DNA from: Lama guanicoe | Lineage: Eukaryota | NCBI GenBank assembly: GCA_013239625.1 | Contig: MU053934.1 | Span: forward strand, 8,081,352-8,145,351 | DNA: 64,000 bases | Direction: 5' to 3' | Shown here: positions 24,531 through 37,982 of the stretch, piece after piece | Position numbering within the stretch: the first letter of the stretch is position 1 | Layout of the letters: every line of letters begins with the position of its first letter | Translations under genes and position numbers: made by a program | The notes under the pieces: generated by a model | Told to the model about the DNA's origin: nothing | Databases searched by the model: none | The model's input: only the letters and a program-made list of their open reading frames with translations

Positions 24531-27500
24531 TCCTTGTCCCGGCCGGACGCTTTCTCTCAGCTTGCACTGCCTGGAACCGTTGTGTGTTTATTTGCTTGGT
24601 TTCGGTCTTCCTCCTCCATCTAGAATCTACTTCCCACGCAGTCGGAGACTGTCAGCATTTTGCTCCCAGGGGAGTCCCCGTGTCAGGAGGTTGCCTGCGC
24701 ACAGCGGTGCTGAATGAGGGAGCAGGGCTGGCAGTGCCCACCCGAGGTTGTGCCTCAGGACCAGCCAGGAGGGCGTGCGGCCCGCAGACAAGGCAGGCTG
24801 CTGCCCCACCCCAGACCTCCAGGGTCCGAGTCTTGGGAAGGGGGCCCTGGGAGGATGCGGTGGGGGGGGACCTGTGAGCTGGATGCTGATATAGGTGGTC
24901 CCCAGAGCCGCCGTGGGGACCCAGGGGTGCGGATGACCTGTCCTGGTGGTTCAGACAGAACACCTCCATCCACGTTACCTGCGCGATCCTTGCTGCTATT
25001 CAGAATGTCCGTCTTGGCTGTTGGCTCTGATTATCCAACCTCCGACTGATTAAATCTGAGGAGGTCCCAGCAAAGGCCGCCTCCCAGGGGATCCCTATAG
25101 GGATTTGACCCAGAAACAGTTGTTTTTGGTGCAGAGTGTGAACCTGATCAAGTCAGGGTGAGGTCCAGCTGACATCCTCACTGCTGGCACGTCCCAGCCT
25201 TGGGACCAGCGCGACCTTTCTGAGGAACCACAGCCAGTCTGCTTGCTTTCTTTCTCTGTTCTCCATCATCTGTACTTTTTTTTACCTCTTGTCTTGGCCC
25301 CTGTCCTGTCTCCCTCTGTAGCTTTACTCCTGCTGATCCTGACGCCTCAGGACTGTCACTATTTAAAATATTGTTAACTGACCTCTGCTTCCTGTTTTAA
25401 AAAAAAAAAAACACGCTGGCTCTGGCTAAGCCAGGCATTACTTGAAACATTCTCTGAGCATCTCTTGTGTGTAATGCAGTGTTACGGGTTGCAGGGGCGT
25501 GGTGGGCTCTGGAGTTGGCTTCCTGGATTCAAATCCTGGCTCGGATTAAAGTGGGAGAACAGTAGTGCCCATCTGCAAGCGTGAGGATGACATCAGATGC
25601 GACTCCCTGTCCTCAAGGTGCCAGGTGCTGGAGCCGGGGCGCAAACAGGGTGGAGCCGGAACGGAGGTCCACGGGCAGGTCTGTGGTTCGAGTTTAGACG
25701 TGAGCACATGTATCCTGTGGGTTCAAGAATGCAAAGACCTAGCCTGTCTCCTCTTTGCTGGGGTTTCGTCCTGTGGTCATTTTCGCTAGCATCCTCCAGA
25801 AATGCCCTGAGTCTCTTCCAGGGTGAACAGCTGGTGCTGCCCGGGGAAGATAGCAGTTTACAGATGAGATCCTTTATATGTTTAATGACCCTTGAAAGAA
25901 GGAATGGCAGACGTCATGCTTTCCAGAGTGAAGATCCAGAGAGGGGCCTCCGCACGTGAGCATGCTGGTCCAAGGCAGGCTGGTCGGGTCACCGGGGTAC
26001 CCGTTCCTCCCCACCAGCAGATTTCACGTCTCCTCTCCCAGTTTATTGGACCAGACTCTGCCGGGTTGTTAAGTTCTGTTTTCTCCCTCCCTTTGTCCCC
26101 ATGAAGAAAGCTGCGTGGAGACAGTCTGGGCGGAAGACGGCGTTGTCACCGCCAGGGGGAGGGGGGGAGACACCCCGTGCCGCGTCTGGCGCTGCACCTG
26201 GCTGGGATGGCCTGCTGCCTGTTGCAATAAGCCTGCGTCCTCAGTGTATTAAGCCACTACAAGCCTGTTTGGACGTGATTAAAACATCACTGTCATGGCT
26301 TTGGGGGAGACAGGCTGCAGATCCTGATTATCATTCAGAAGGAACTCCGGGAAATTTTGTATTCTGGTTAAAGCAAGCTTGAAAAAGTTCCCTGCAAAGA
26401 GCACTGTGCCGAGGGCATCATTGGTCTACGTCCTAGACATGTGCCTGCAGGAGTCGGGGTGTGCAAATGAGTATGTCCCTAAAATCATGACCGGTGCCAT
26501 GTTTAAAAAGTCTTTTGTGAAACAGGGGATTGAGATGGACGACCTGGGCAGTGCGAGGCCAGGGTGATGATGTGGCCAGGAGGGGGCTGCACCTCTGCAG
26601 GGGCGGCCGTGAACCTGGGCCGTGGATCTGTGTCTGCTTCCCAGAGCTGACCTCCGCGGCCTGTTGTATGCAGTTTGCCTTTCATCCCTGTCTGCCTGTT
26701 GTTTTTATATTTGGACTTTGACCAGGTCAGAAATCCAGATGGGACTTTTTAAGTTGTAGTTTCTTCATAGCAGAAACATCTCTGGAGTCTTTTCCGACAG
26801 GACTGTGCTCTGGGCGAGGCAGCCTCTGGAACCAGGTGTCTGTGTGCCCGAGAGAACCTTCAAGGTCTGGGCAGCTCTGCAGCTGATTTGAGCATCTTCC
26901 ACGGGTCTGTCCCTGGTGTAGCCCCTGGGGCTTAGCCCTTGGGGCTGTGGCATTGAGCAGAGAAAGGCCCCACCCTCGTGGGGCTGACAGCCCAGCTCGG
27001 GGAAGACACGTGGAGGGACGAGTGCTTCTGTGACCGGGAGGTGTGAGTGCTTGGAAGGAAGCTAAAGCAAGAAGCAGGATGGTTTCCTCTCCCCTCTGCT
27101 TTAGTCGCTGAGCAGAGACCTGCTCACTGGTACCCAGGGGGAGTGTGTGACTGGCAAGGCGGCAGTGGGTGCAGAGGCGCCATGGGATGCACGCTCTGGC
27201 CTGTGTGAGGGCCAGCGAGGAGGGCAGTGTGGCTGGAGCCTAGAGAACAGGGACGAGGGTGGTCAGAGGTCAGATCAGAGATGGGGAGGGTGAGACATGA
27301 TGCTTGACTCCCTGGGGGTTGGTGGAGTGGGGGGTGGGGACCGGCTCCCTCTAGTGGCCGTGGGAGGACCAGCTGGGCTCGGGGCCTGGTCCGCCCTTCA
27401 TGCAGGGGCCCTTCCCTGCGAGCAGCTGTGACACCCAGCTGCCCTACTTAGGGCAGAGACTAGGTCACGTTTCTTTCTACATGCAGCACCTACGGTGGTG

Positions 27501-27694
27501 TCCCTGTACACCAAGTGCTGCTGGCGATGCCGAGGCCGTCAGAAAGGGGCTCGTGACATGCTGTGAACTCCCGAGACGCGCTGCTGACGTCTGTGTAGAT
27601 CACGGTGGTTGGTTAGCACTACTGACTGGACAGTCACCCAGATCCTCCGAAGAGCCCTGCAGAGGCAGATGCAAGCACCTGCATCCTAGAGATT

Positions 27695-29240
27695 AACTTT
27701 CATGACAGGTTTATTGAGGTAGAATTCACACACTGTACAATTCAGTGGCGACTGGCATACTCCCAGAGTTTGTTCAACCACCACCTCAGTCAATTTAAGA
27801 ACATTTTCATCACCCCCAAAACAAACTCCATTCCCGTCAGCACTCAGACCCTATTTCCCTGCTTCCTGGTCCCTAACAACCACTTTATCTCTATAGAATT
27901 TTTCTGTCTCTGTAATTTACATGTTCTGGGTATTTCATATAAGGGGAATCATACAATATGTGACTTTTGTGTCAGGCTTCATTCATTTGGCATTGTGTTT
28001 TTAAGATTCATCCATATTGAAGCATGTATCAGAATGTCATTCCTTTTTATAGCCGAATAATATTCCACCACATAGACATACCACAGTGTGTTTATCCATT
28101 CTTTGTTGATGGCATTTAGATTGTTTCCACATCTTGATTATTTTGAATAGTGCTGCTACGAACATTGGAGGGTACGAGGTTTTGTGTGAACTTATGTTTT
28201 CAGTTCTTTTTGGCGTGTACCTGGTGTGAAATTGCTGAGTCCTATGGTGATTCTGTGTTTAACCTTTTGAGTAATTGCCAGACTGTTTCCATAGTGGCTG
28301 CACCATTTTACATCCCCCCCAGCAGTGTATGAAGTTTCTTTCAATTTCTCTGCATCCTTGGCTACACTTTATTGTACGTCTTTTTGATTATCGCTACCCC
28401 AGTGGGTATGAAGTGGTACCTCATCGTGGTTTTGATCTGCATTTTCCTGATGGCTAATGATATTGGGCATCTTTTCATGTATTGGCCAATGGTCTGTCTT
28501 CTTTGGAGAAATGTCTACTCAGATCCTTTGCCCATTTTTAAAATTGGGTTTTATTTATCTTTTTATTACTGAGTTTCAAGTGTTCTTTATATATTCTAGA
28601 TACAAATCCTTTATCAGATGTGTGATTTGCAAAGTCTTCTCCCATTCTGTAGGTTGTCTTTGCAGTGTTTTGATAGTATCTTTTGAAGTACAAATGTTCT
28701 AAATTGTAAGTCCAGTTTATCTATTTTTTGTTTGTTGCTTGTGCTTTTGGTGTTATAGCTAAGAAATCATTACATAATCCAAGGTCATGAAGATACATCT
28801 CCATGTTTTCTAAGAGTTTTTAAGTTTAGTTCTTACACTGAGGTCTCTGATCCATTTTGAGTTAATTTTTGTATATAGTGTAAAGTAAGGGTCCAAGTTT
28901 ATTCTTTTGCAGTGGATGTCCAGTTGTCCCAGCACCACTTGATGAGACTATTTTCCACCAGTGAATTGTCCTAGCCCCCTTATGGACGTCAGTTGACTGT
29001 AATGTGAGGTTTATTTCTGACCTCGTGTCTAGTCCATTGGTCTCTGTGTCTACCTTTTTTTGATGCCAGTACCATACGTTTTGGTTAGTCTAGCTTTGTA
29101 GTGAGGTTCGAGATCAGGAAGTGTGAGTTCTCCAACTTCTTTCTTCTTTTTCAAGATTGTTTTGGCTTTTGGGGATCTCTTGACTTTCCATTTGCATTAT
29201 AAGATTTGCTTGTCAAGTTGTGCAAAAAGAAGCCATCTGG
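27695..29240 (-). mobile_element. L1MB-like LINE fragment (~1.5 kb; 3' UTR plus degenerate ORF2 end)
   Basis: AT-rich; gtgggtatgaagtggtacctcatcgtggttttgatctgcattttcctgatggctaatgat, ttggagaaatgtcta and ccagcaccact motifs. Confidence 0.88.
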
Positions 29241-29540
29241 ATAGTGATTAATTTTTATAAATGGCATCTATTATTATTTTTTCTAATTACCAAAGTAATA
29301 TACACTGCTGAAAACCTGGAAGACAGAAAAAGCAAATAGAAGGCAGCGGAAATTTAAAAATTTTTGTCCCTCCAGGCTTTTTTTTCCTCTTGTGTATTCA
29401 GCTTTTCTTTTGCAAAATTTGGAACCATTCCAGAGTTGATAAATGTCTGGGAGCACATTTGGATTCGTACCTTGGGAGAAGCTTCTGGAACTGAGATTCC
29501 TGGGTCGCGTAGCACACACAGGGATGGGGGTTGCTTTGTC

Positions 29541-29666
29541 TTTTTTGGGGGGACAGAGTTAGGTTTCTTTATGTATTTGTTATTTATTAAATGGAGGTAC
29601 TGGGAATTGAACCCGCGACCTCCTGCATGCTAAGCACACAGCCTACCACTGAGCTGTACCCTCCCC
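29541..29666 (-). mobile_element. tRNA-Ala-derived SINE (Vic-1-like)
   Basis: Reverse complement reads GGGGAGGGTACAGCTCAGTGGTAGG...GGTTCAATTCCCAGTACCTCCA plus an A-rich tail. Confidence 0.85.
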
Positions 29667-29864
29667 TACTGTGTGTTCTTTTGTTCAAGTCTGTGCAGGC
29701 ATCCGGTTTATGTTTCAGAGAAATGCCTTAAGTGATGTCAGCCAAGTGGAGCTCTGTTCGGTGGGAATCCTATTTCTCCGCAGATTTTTCGCAATCGAAG
29801 CTGTCTTCTTTTATGGTACATTACTCAGTGAACTGAATGCACACCTTGCTGAGAAGAGGCTGGT

Positions 29865-30410
29865 CTAGAGAAATGAACACAGGTGCCCACATGCAACTTG
29901 GATGCCCGCGTACATAGCAACACTGCTCATAACAGCCGAAAAGTGGTGACATCCCGAATGTCCCCAGCTGGTGAATGGATCCGAGAAGTGCGCCTCTCCA
30001 TACAGTGAAATTGAGCCCTGAGGTGGAAGGAAGCCCTGACTCATGCTATCACCTGGGTGAACCTTGAAAATATCTTGATGAGTGAAAGAATCCAGATGAG
30101 AAGATCATGTGTGATGTGATTCCATTCATATGATGTATCCAGAGCAGCTACATCCAGCGAGAAAGTGGTTCTGTGGCTGGAGTGAGCTGGCGAGGGGAGG
30201 ATGGAGAGTGACTGCTGATGGGGTGGAGTTTCCTTTGGGGGATGGAAATGTTTTGGCGGGGAGGGTATAGCTCAGTGGTAGAGCATGTGCTTAGAATGCA
30301 CGAGGTCCTGGGTTCAATCCCTAGTACCTCCATTAAAAAAAAAAACTGTAAAAAAAGGGTGAATTGCATGGAATATGAATTCTATGTCAATAAAGCCGTG
30401 AAAAAAATAG
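29865..30410 (+). mobile_element. L1M 3' fragment, interrupted by a SINE
   Basis: gagaaatgaa...ggtgaaccttgaaaata...gtgattccattcatatga...gggtgaattgcatgg...aataaagc. Confidence 0.75.
30258..30345 (+). mobile_element. tRNA-Ala-derived SINE (Vic-1-like) inserted in an L1 fragment
   Basis: GGGGAGGGTATAGCTCAGTGGTAGAGC (A box) ... GGTTCAATCC (B box) ... CCTCCA, then poly(A). Confidence 0.88.
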
Positions 30411-30944
30411 CATGCCGCTGAGAGTAGCATCTCGCTGGTGAGTAACACCCGCACAGAAACCCCTTTCTCGCCAGAGCTCTGGGCTCAGGGTGATGGGGGA
30501 AGGTTTGGGTGCAGGTATTAAGGGAGAGAATTCTGTTATTTGTTATGTTATGATGGGCGGGATCTGTGTCGTCCGGCCCATAGCAGGCATGTTACTGATG
30601 GTTCCTCATTTAATCTCCGCTCCTCGTCCACGCTGTGATGAACAGATCATCACTTTTTTTGGCTAAGACTCTGCACCCACTCAGGTCCCCGCTAGGAGGA
30701 GGCCAGTCCCACCATGGTGCTACCCTCCACCTGCTGTCCTGTGAATCCCACGGGGGTCCCGGCAGCCCGGGGTCGGGGGGCCCTGCAGGCTGGGAGAACC
30801 TGCCTTTCCCCTTGGGCTCACCCGGCCCTGCACTGGGGCGTCTCGGTGTCCAGCAGCCCTCAGTTCCTGCACTTGCTCTGGTCACTGCCTGGTCCTCAGG
30901 GCACAGCTCAGTGGTTGAGTCTACCACACCTGTCCATCCTGCAG

Positions 30945-31047
30945 GTTCTCATCGACTGGATCAATGACGTTCTGGTGGAGGAGCGGATCATCGTGAAGCA
31001 GCTGGAGGAGGACCTGTATGATGGGCAGGTGCTGCAGAAGCTCCTGG
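30945..31047 (+). CDS. PARVB: PARVB coding exon 4 (103 nt): VLIDWINDVLVEERIIVKQLEEDLYDGQVLQKLL(E), CH1 domain
   Basis: ccatcctgcag acceptor; G|gtgagt donor. Confidence 0.97.
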
Positions 31048-32484
31048 GTGAGTGCACGGAAGGGTGGACCCAGCCCCTGCAAAGGGCCACAGCGAGGGGT
31101 GGCCCCAGGCTGGGCTGCACGATTCTCTACGTGGCGACATCGGTTACTCATCCGGAGAGTAGACTTAAGCCACAGCCCTGAGCCCACAGCTCCCAGGGCT
31201 TCGTTTGGGTTCCAGGTCACCTGACCTCTCCTAGTCTCTCAGGTGGGCGTCCCCCAGAGCTCCAGCCATGGGCCACACATAGCTTCCAGAAGCACCTGCG
31301 GCCTCTGTGCTGTTGGGTGCACGTGTCCAAGGGGCGCCGTGTCCTCTCTGGGTCAGCCCTCCCTGCCAGCCTTGTGCCCGTCCAGCTCTGAGCACCTCCA
31401 GGCCTGTGCTGGCTCATTCAGGCTGGGAGATGCCGGAGCGGGGCAGGTCCTCAGCTGTGCCCTTGAGGGACATGATCTGGGGGTGGGGGAGGCGAGAAAG
31501 GAGACTGACTTGCCGACGCTCTTTTCATGTCTGTCCACCGGGGACAAGTTCCTCAGTGGAATGTACGTAGAGCACTTAACACGGTGCTGGGCACACGTCC
31601 TGGAGTCAGGACAGGGTCGTTAACAACAATAGAGGCAAAGACAAAGAAATGAGGGGTCAGAGCAGGGCTGGAGGGTCCCCAGAGTCCCCCTGAGTAACGG
31701 GCTCACGGTAACTACGTGTTGACCAAGTCAGTGAAGAAAGCCCTGTGGTTTCGTTTCCTGCAAGGACGAAGGCTCTTTTCACAGGAAATGAAAAGGCAGC
31801 AGGTAGGTGAGGCTTTTTCTGACTCTGTTGGACGTTGGCACCATCCAGATGCTCCAGGAGAGATGAGCTGTCTGCTGGACAGTGTCTCAGTCCCCAGGAA
31901 GCTCTGATGTCCCCAGATCCCTGCAAGGTGGCGTGGAGGGCTCGGTGTCCCCTTGCCAATTTGGATCACTCCCTTGCCAAAGGGCTGTGGTCGGCCCCGC
32001 CCCCCAGCATCAGTGGGGCCGGCGGACCTGCTGATCCTGGTGGAGGGGGCTCCCTAGCACACCGCCTGGAGGGTCCCTCCTTCCAGGCAGGTCTAGCCTT
32101 GGGGGTGCTTTTCACGGGGAGAGACACCAGAGGGGAAGCAGTCAGGCAGGGGCTGGGGCAGGAGGGGAGCATCCCAGGGAGGGGTGACCTGGGACCACGG
32201 AACGCAGCCCCTGCAGCCATGTGGGCTGTGGCCTTGGCTGAGCATCCGCGCCCTTCCTCGGACCGGGTGCCTCGGGGCAGGGTTTGCACACACTCAGCAC
32301 AGTGGCTCTTACAGACGGCCTGAGCTTGGAGGGCACCTGTGGGGCTGTGGGGAGAGGAACCGGGTCACGTAACTGGCTTTGACGACATGGTGATTGATGG
32401 CTCACACATTATTCTGTCCTTATTCAGTCAGTCCTCAAATGGCACATTAGAAGGGACCAGATTTTGTGTTTATTTTGGTCATCC

Positions 32485-33350
32485 CTTCATTCGTTGAACA
32501 GATATTCTCTGGCCTACTATGTGGCAGGTGTGGCTCTGGACCCTGGAGACTGGTGACAGAGGGAGGAGATCTTCTTGTCCCCAGCGCCAACACACATCTG
32601 GCAGAAGGGAGAAGGAGAGCCGTTACAGGGTGGTTCATCCTAAAGCAAATAGATGCTTTAGGAGAGTGACAGGCACTAGGGAGAAAATCAGAGCGGGGTG
32701 GAGGGGCTGAGTTGGGTGGAGGGGCTGGGCAGTCCGGGCCAGCCCTCCGGGGAGCTGACATTCAAGCAGACATCTGCACGGTTGGCATGGAAAGAACATT
32801 CCAGGCTGGGACCCTGAAGTGAGGAAGAGTCTGTGGTGTTTAGAGTGGCGGAAGGAGGCTGCAGGAGGCGGGAGTGGACAGATGGGGCCAGATCCTGTCC
32901 GGCCCTTGTAGACGAAGGCTTTTATTCCAAGTGACAGGAAGCCAGCAGAGGTTTTGAGCAGGGCCGTGACCTGATCTGAGTTAGAGTTTTAGAAGGTCGC
33001 CTGGGCTTCTGGGTGCGGGATGGATGAGGAGAAGGGTCAGGAGCGGGAGCTGAGAGGTCAGTCAGGACACTGCCGCGGCAGCCCAGGCACTGGATGCAGT
33101 GGCTCGGTCCAGGATGGAGGTGCGGACTTGGGGAGGTATTTTGGAGGTTAAAGCTGTCCGAGGCATCAAGGCTGATGGCCAGGTTTGTGGCCTGAAGAAA
33201 CTGGTGAATGAGGAAGCCCTTGGGACTAGCATCGGGGGTGGGGAATGAGGAGGGAGGTGTTGTAGCCCACCTGAGTCAGCTGTGGGGTAAGGGTGGAGGT
33301 TGGCAGTGCAGAGATGTTTAATGCTGTGGGACTGATGGCCTCACCTGGAG
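32485..33350 (-). mobile_element. L2 LINE fragment
   Basis: cattcgttgaacagatatt..ggcctactatgtg..; gaggttttgagcaggg..gacctgatctga..ttttagaagg. Confidence 0.65.
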
Positions 33351-35343
33351 ACGATGTTCCAATTTCAGTATTTGACTGAACGCCATTGGCCAAGAATTAA
33401 ATCTCTGTTTGGCTAAGCTGAGAACCCCCCATCTTAGAATGAGCTGCTTTGGTACAAGAATACATCTAAAATTAAGTTATCAAGATTGTTTAATAATTGT
33501 CACAATTTTATTATTAAAAATGTTGGTTGGAGCTTTGTTTTGTGTTGTGTCATTCCCAGCACCATCAGGTGCTAGGTTGCTCTCAAGGCCATCAAACTAG
33601 AATTTGTGATGATACACTCACTTTCAACACAGGAGGAGAGAGGAGGGCATGGCTCTTAGGCTGACACTGTCCACAGGGATTCTGCTGATGGTGAAGCTGC
33701 CCTGGGTATCAGCTTCCTTCCCTCTCTATGGTAAAGACCTAGTTTCCCTTTGACTCTTGGACTTGAGAAGTTGGCTATTGGTGACAAAGCTTGTTTTTTA
33801 AAGTAGTCCTTTGAACTGGTTCTTTGTTCACTGTCCAAAGGAGATACTTTCTAATATTTTCAGAAGCAAACATTAGAGTGTTGTCCTCACTTGCATTTTT
33901 ATTTCTTACTCTTTTTGCGTACACTTCTGGCTTCACCCACCCAATAATTTGAAAAAATTGTGTCCCTAAGCGTTAGTTCTAGCAGCGTGACTGTGGAGTC
34001 TGGCTCTTAGGACCACAGGGCCAGCTCTGGGTGTGCATCTGCATTCAGCCTTAGGTGCCTGTGAATGGTGCCAGCACCCTTCACGGAGGAGAGTGACAGG
34101 GGCATCTAGGGGCAGGTATCCCATTAGAAATCCTTGCCTACTCAAGGTACATCCTTTTGGTCCCCACTTCAGTTGGCCCCAGCGAATGCGGCCCTTGCTC
34201 TGAAGCTGCTGTGGTCGTCAGTGAATCCTGCTATGTCCGTCTTGTTATCTGTAATGTAGAACACGAGGCTGACTTGGGCTCTGGCAGCCTTTTTACCGTG
34301 AAGTGGCTGCAACTCTGTCCTGTTTGAGTATCTTGCATAAGGACTATTTGATTAGGCAATTCTCAAATCTCTTGCATGTCAAGTGGTTTGACATACCGCT
34401 CTGTGTGAAGGCTAGAACAACGGAAGAGAATGTTCAGATGTTAACAGAACAACACAAGGTCTTGCCTGGTCGTGTTAGTGATGTGGTTACACCGACGAGA
34501 GGCCTTAGTTAGTAATCTACGTGCCACGTGACTCTGGGGCCCATGGATGCCGGGAAGGACCCTGATGGAAGCATTTAACTCTTCGCTCTCCGAAGGCGGA
34601 CGCTAAAGCCAAATAGGAGATTCTGGCCAAATGCCAACGCCAAAGCTGACTTCTGTGCACTTGTAGAGAGAAGAGGTCTGGGGACTGGGCCCTGGGGGGC
34701 GGCCAGTGGTCAGAAGAAGAGCCAGCCCAGGAGTCTGAAGGGTCCATCTGGGAGGGAGGAGGAGTCAGGGGAAGGATAGAGAAGAGGAGGTTTCAAGGAG
34801 GCAGGAGTGAGGGAGGGGAGGACAGAGGATGGACCTCTGGGTTTGGCCAGGTGTGAGTCACCAGTGGGCCCCTCAGTGAGCCCCCTCTCCTTAAGAGCAG
34901 ATTCAGGGAGCAGCTCTCAGGCCCTCTGCTGTGGGCAGGTTTCAGGGGGTGTAACTTGCAGCCTTGCCCAGGTGGACCACTTGTGCGCAGTGAGGGTCCC
35001 CACACCAGCGTGTTGAGGGCGCTCTGGGGCGGGCTGTCGTCCTGCTCCTGGCTCACGGCACACCCTTCTTCTTGAGGAAAGATGCAGAACCTCCCTTGAG
35101 TAATTAGCATGTGCAGCCCCACATTCGGCCGTCACCACGTTTGCCTGCCACGTTTTCCTCTGTCTCTTTCCCTGCCAGGAAGGTGGGGATCCTGGCCGTG
35201 CCAAAGCCCCAGGCCATTCCTGCAGCCCCGTCAGAGGGATGCTGGTGACACGGGCGGCCAAGGACCTGGTTCTCTTCCACACTGTAGGGTCACCCGAGAC
35301 CCTGCTGCAGGCGGCACCAGGCACGACCAGCCGCCTGGGTTTC

Positions 35344-35641
35344 TGTTACGGGCTGAGCTGTGTCCCCCCTAGAATTCATATGTTGGAGTCCTAACCCTCG
35401 GGACCTCAGAATGTGACTGTATTTGGAAACAGTTAAGATGAGGTCATTGGGGTGGGCCCTAAACCCATAAGACTGGTGTCCTTTTAAGAAGAGGAGATTA
35501 GGATGCAGACACGCAGAGAAGGGTGACCATGTCAGGATGTCTACGCGCCGAGGAGGGGCCTAGTGTGCTGACGCCAGGACCATGAGGAAGTGAATCTCCA
35601 CTGTCTCAGCCCCCCGTTCTGGTGCTTTGTTAAGGCTAACA
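35344..35641 (+). mobile_element. MLT1 (A/B/C-like) solo LTR
   Basis: tgttacgggctgagctgtgtccccct...acctcagaatgtgactgtatttgga...gactggtgtccttttaagaagagg. Confidence 0.8.
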
Positions 35642-37215
35642 CTCTCCCCTTCCCCGTCCTCTCCTCCTCCTCCCCCCGGGCGCCACGTTCAGTCTGCGGG
35701 GGTGGCTGAGGAAGGGGACGGCGGGGACGTGCCAGGCTCCTCGTCTCTCCCAGTGGGCGAGGCTCTCTCAGGACCACCTGGCTCTCTCAGCCTTGCTGCC
35801 TTCCCCAGGGACCCTTGGTCCGCCCTGTCCCTGCCTGTTGAGCACCTGGGGACCGTGGTATGTTTTCAGGGGGTTCGTATGGACAGATTATTCATCTCTA
35901 AGACCTATTAGATACAGGTGGAGGGAAATCAAAACGCATAAATGGGAATCACTTCCATCCCCGGCAGGATGTGCTTTGTCGAGCTGCTTTGTTCTGCCCC
36001 CAGCACTCACTGCTCCCCAAGCTCACGTTCTCCAGGTAGGGCTGACCCCACCCCACACTAGAGCCCTCTGTGCTATGTCCAGCCCTAGGACAGTGCCCGG
36101 GAACTGTGCTGTGAGTGAATGAAGGAATGAATGAATGGTTGACAGAGCATCCTGAGCCCAGCAGGTACTGCTGTGTGATTACAGGGTCCTGGAAGGAACA
36201 TCAAACTGCTCATTCTTGTTCTAATGGAGGAAGGGATGGATGTGGGGACGGGCTTCCAGCAAAAGCGCCTGAAACAGAACTTTGCTGGGGACCACTCGCA
36301 AAGTGGAAGCCCTGTTTGTGCCCAGCCTGGACCCGACTGCCTTTCCGATCTCCCTCCCATCAGTGCCCCTGACAGCAGCTCTGCGCCAGAGTCTTGCAGT
36401 GCGTCGGGCTCTGTGCCCAGGACTTTGTAATCACCCTCTGGGTTCCTGAGCTCATGATGTTCTGCGACGTGGCTTCTGTTTTGCAGAGGAGACCTATCAG
36501 ATAACCCCTGGGTCTTAGAATAAACGAGTAGAAGAGAAGCTTGGCCATCCTTCCCCACTGCCCCTCCGCAGGTGTGGTGTCAGGTGTCCCTCCTGCTCCC
36601 CTCATCTCAGTCACTGCATCTTGAGCACACGTGACAGTTCTTGTCTGGCTCCTCCAGATCTGCGTCCTGCTCACTCTTGGCAAGAAAATAGTCACGGGTA
36701 CCTGAATACCTAAGAATCCTTCTTCCCGTGGTGTCCCAGTGATGGAGAAAGAAGAATGGAGGGCACGTGTGCAGGGAGGCGGAAGGCTGCGTCTGAGCCC
36801 CTTTTTATTTCCTCATCAAAGTCCTCTTCCCTCTGGGAACCCGCTGGCACCACCTCCTCACCTCCCATCCCGCCCCTCAGGGCACCTCCTTGCCTCCCAG
36901 CTGCACCTCGAATCATCTTGTCTGTTCTGTGGACATAGAATGTTCCTGGGTGGGATGCCCGAGTTTTATCCTTGAACTCCCCGCCCCCTTTCATCCCAGA
37001 GTGACTTTCTAAGGAATTGGAGTGGCTTGGAAGTTCAGAGTTCCAGGCTGCATGTCTTGACCGCGCCCCACTGTTGTGTGGGGACCTGCTAGGTGTCTCC
37101 ACCTGGCGGAGGTGGCGGGGTGGGGAGGTGCATTGTGGCTGGTTGACCGGGTGTCCCCGAGTCCCTGCAGTTTTCCCTGATGCTCTGCCTTTCGCTCTTG
37201 TCCTTCTCGATGCAG

Positions 37216-37356
37216 AGAAACTGGCAGACCGCAAGCTGAATGTGGCTGAGGTGACGCAGTCTGAGATAGGACAGAAGCAGAAGCTGCAGACGGTGCTGGA
37301 GGCAGTGCACGAGCTGCTGCGGCCCCACGGCTGGGCGCTCCAGTGGAGCGTGGACT
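37216..37356 (+). CDS. PARVB: PARVB coding exon 5 (141 nt): (E)KLADRKLNVAEVTQSEIGQKQKLQTVLEAVHELLRPHGWALQWSVD(S)
   Basis: ccttctcgatgcag acceptor; T|gtgagt donor. Confidence 0.97.
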
Positions 37357-37960
37357 GTGAGTGGCCGCCGGGGCTGGGGAGCGTGGGGGGCCCGGCCTCT
37401 GAGCTGGCCACCTGGTCATTCCCCTTCGCGTCTGGCCTTGCACTTTAAAACCAGGTCACACTCCTGCTCTGTGAGAGGCAGCCAGGAGAGGAGAAGGCGT
37501 GTAGATAAGGGGCCAAGTCACACCCGCCTCGGACTTCCCCAAGCTCCGCAGTAGAGAGGTGTCCTTTCTTGTTGGCTGGATCGAGCAAGGCTTCCAGAGG
37601 CAGGGCAGGAATTTGGGTTATAAGACACAAGAAGGTTTCTGGGGTTCTTGGAAGGGCCCCCACCCCCAGGATACGTCTCGGAGCGTACTGGCTTTAGGAA
37701 TCTGTGGCATGATGATGTTTCCAGCCGAGACATAAAACCAGAAAAGTGAAGCACTAAACCAGGAGAGGCCGGAAAGCTCTCTGTCCTGCTGCCCCTGCCC
37801 CAGACCCATCCCCAGGGCAGGGCAGCCAGAGCGAGGCTTAGAGGCTGTCCCTGTCACCAGGGGCCCCTGTGCTTGGGGGAGACCAAGGCTGCAGTCAGAT
37901 TTGCCCCTGGTGTTTTGGCCTCGAGACGTAGGGCAGACCCAGGCTCGCTTCTTGGGTTGC

Positions 37961-37982
37961 GGGGCCGGGGCCGGGGCCGGGG
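37961..37982 (+). repeat. (GGGGCC)3-GGGG hexamer repeat
   Basis: ggggccggggccggggccgggg read directly. Confidence 0.95.

Noticed and set aside
26146..26163. Additional CTCF-like matches (also ~12825, ~37105 minus, ~43185)
   Set aside because: Partial matches are common in GC-rich DNA and cannot be scored without a PWM.
27770..28702. Hydrophobic ORFs such as MKWYLIVVLICIFLMAND
   Set aside because: These are typical antisense translations of degenerate L1 sequence.
30258..30332. Apparent tRNA-Ala genes (also 57060-57131 and others)
   Set aside because: Multiple diverged copies have A-rich tails, some with TSDs, and this copy has an altered anticodon loop (AGA). They are SINEs, not tRNA genes.
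30900..30944. In-frame 45-nt upstream acceptor for exon 4
   Set aside because: The insertion would fall at the start of the CH1 fold, several other AGs intervene, and there is no further support.
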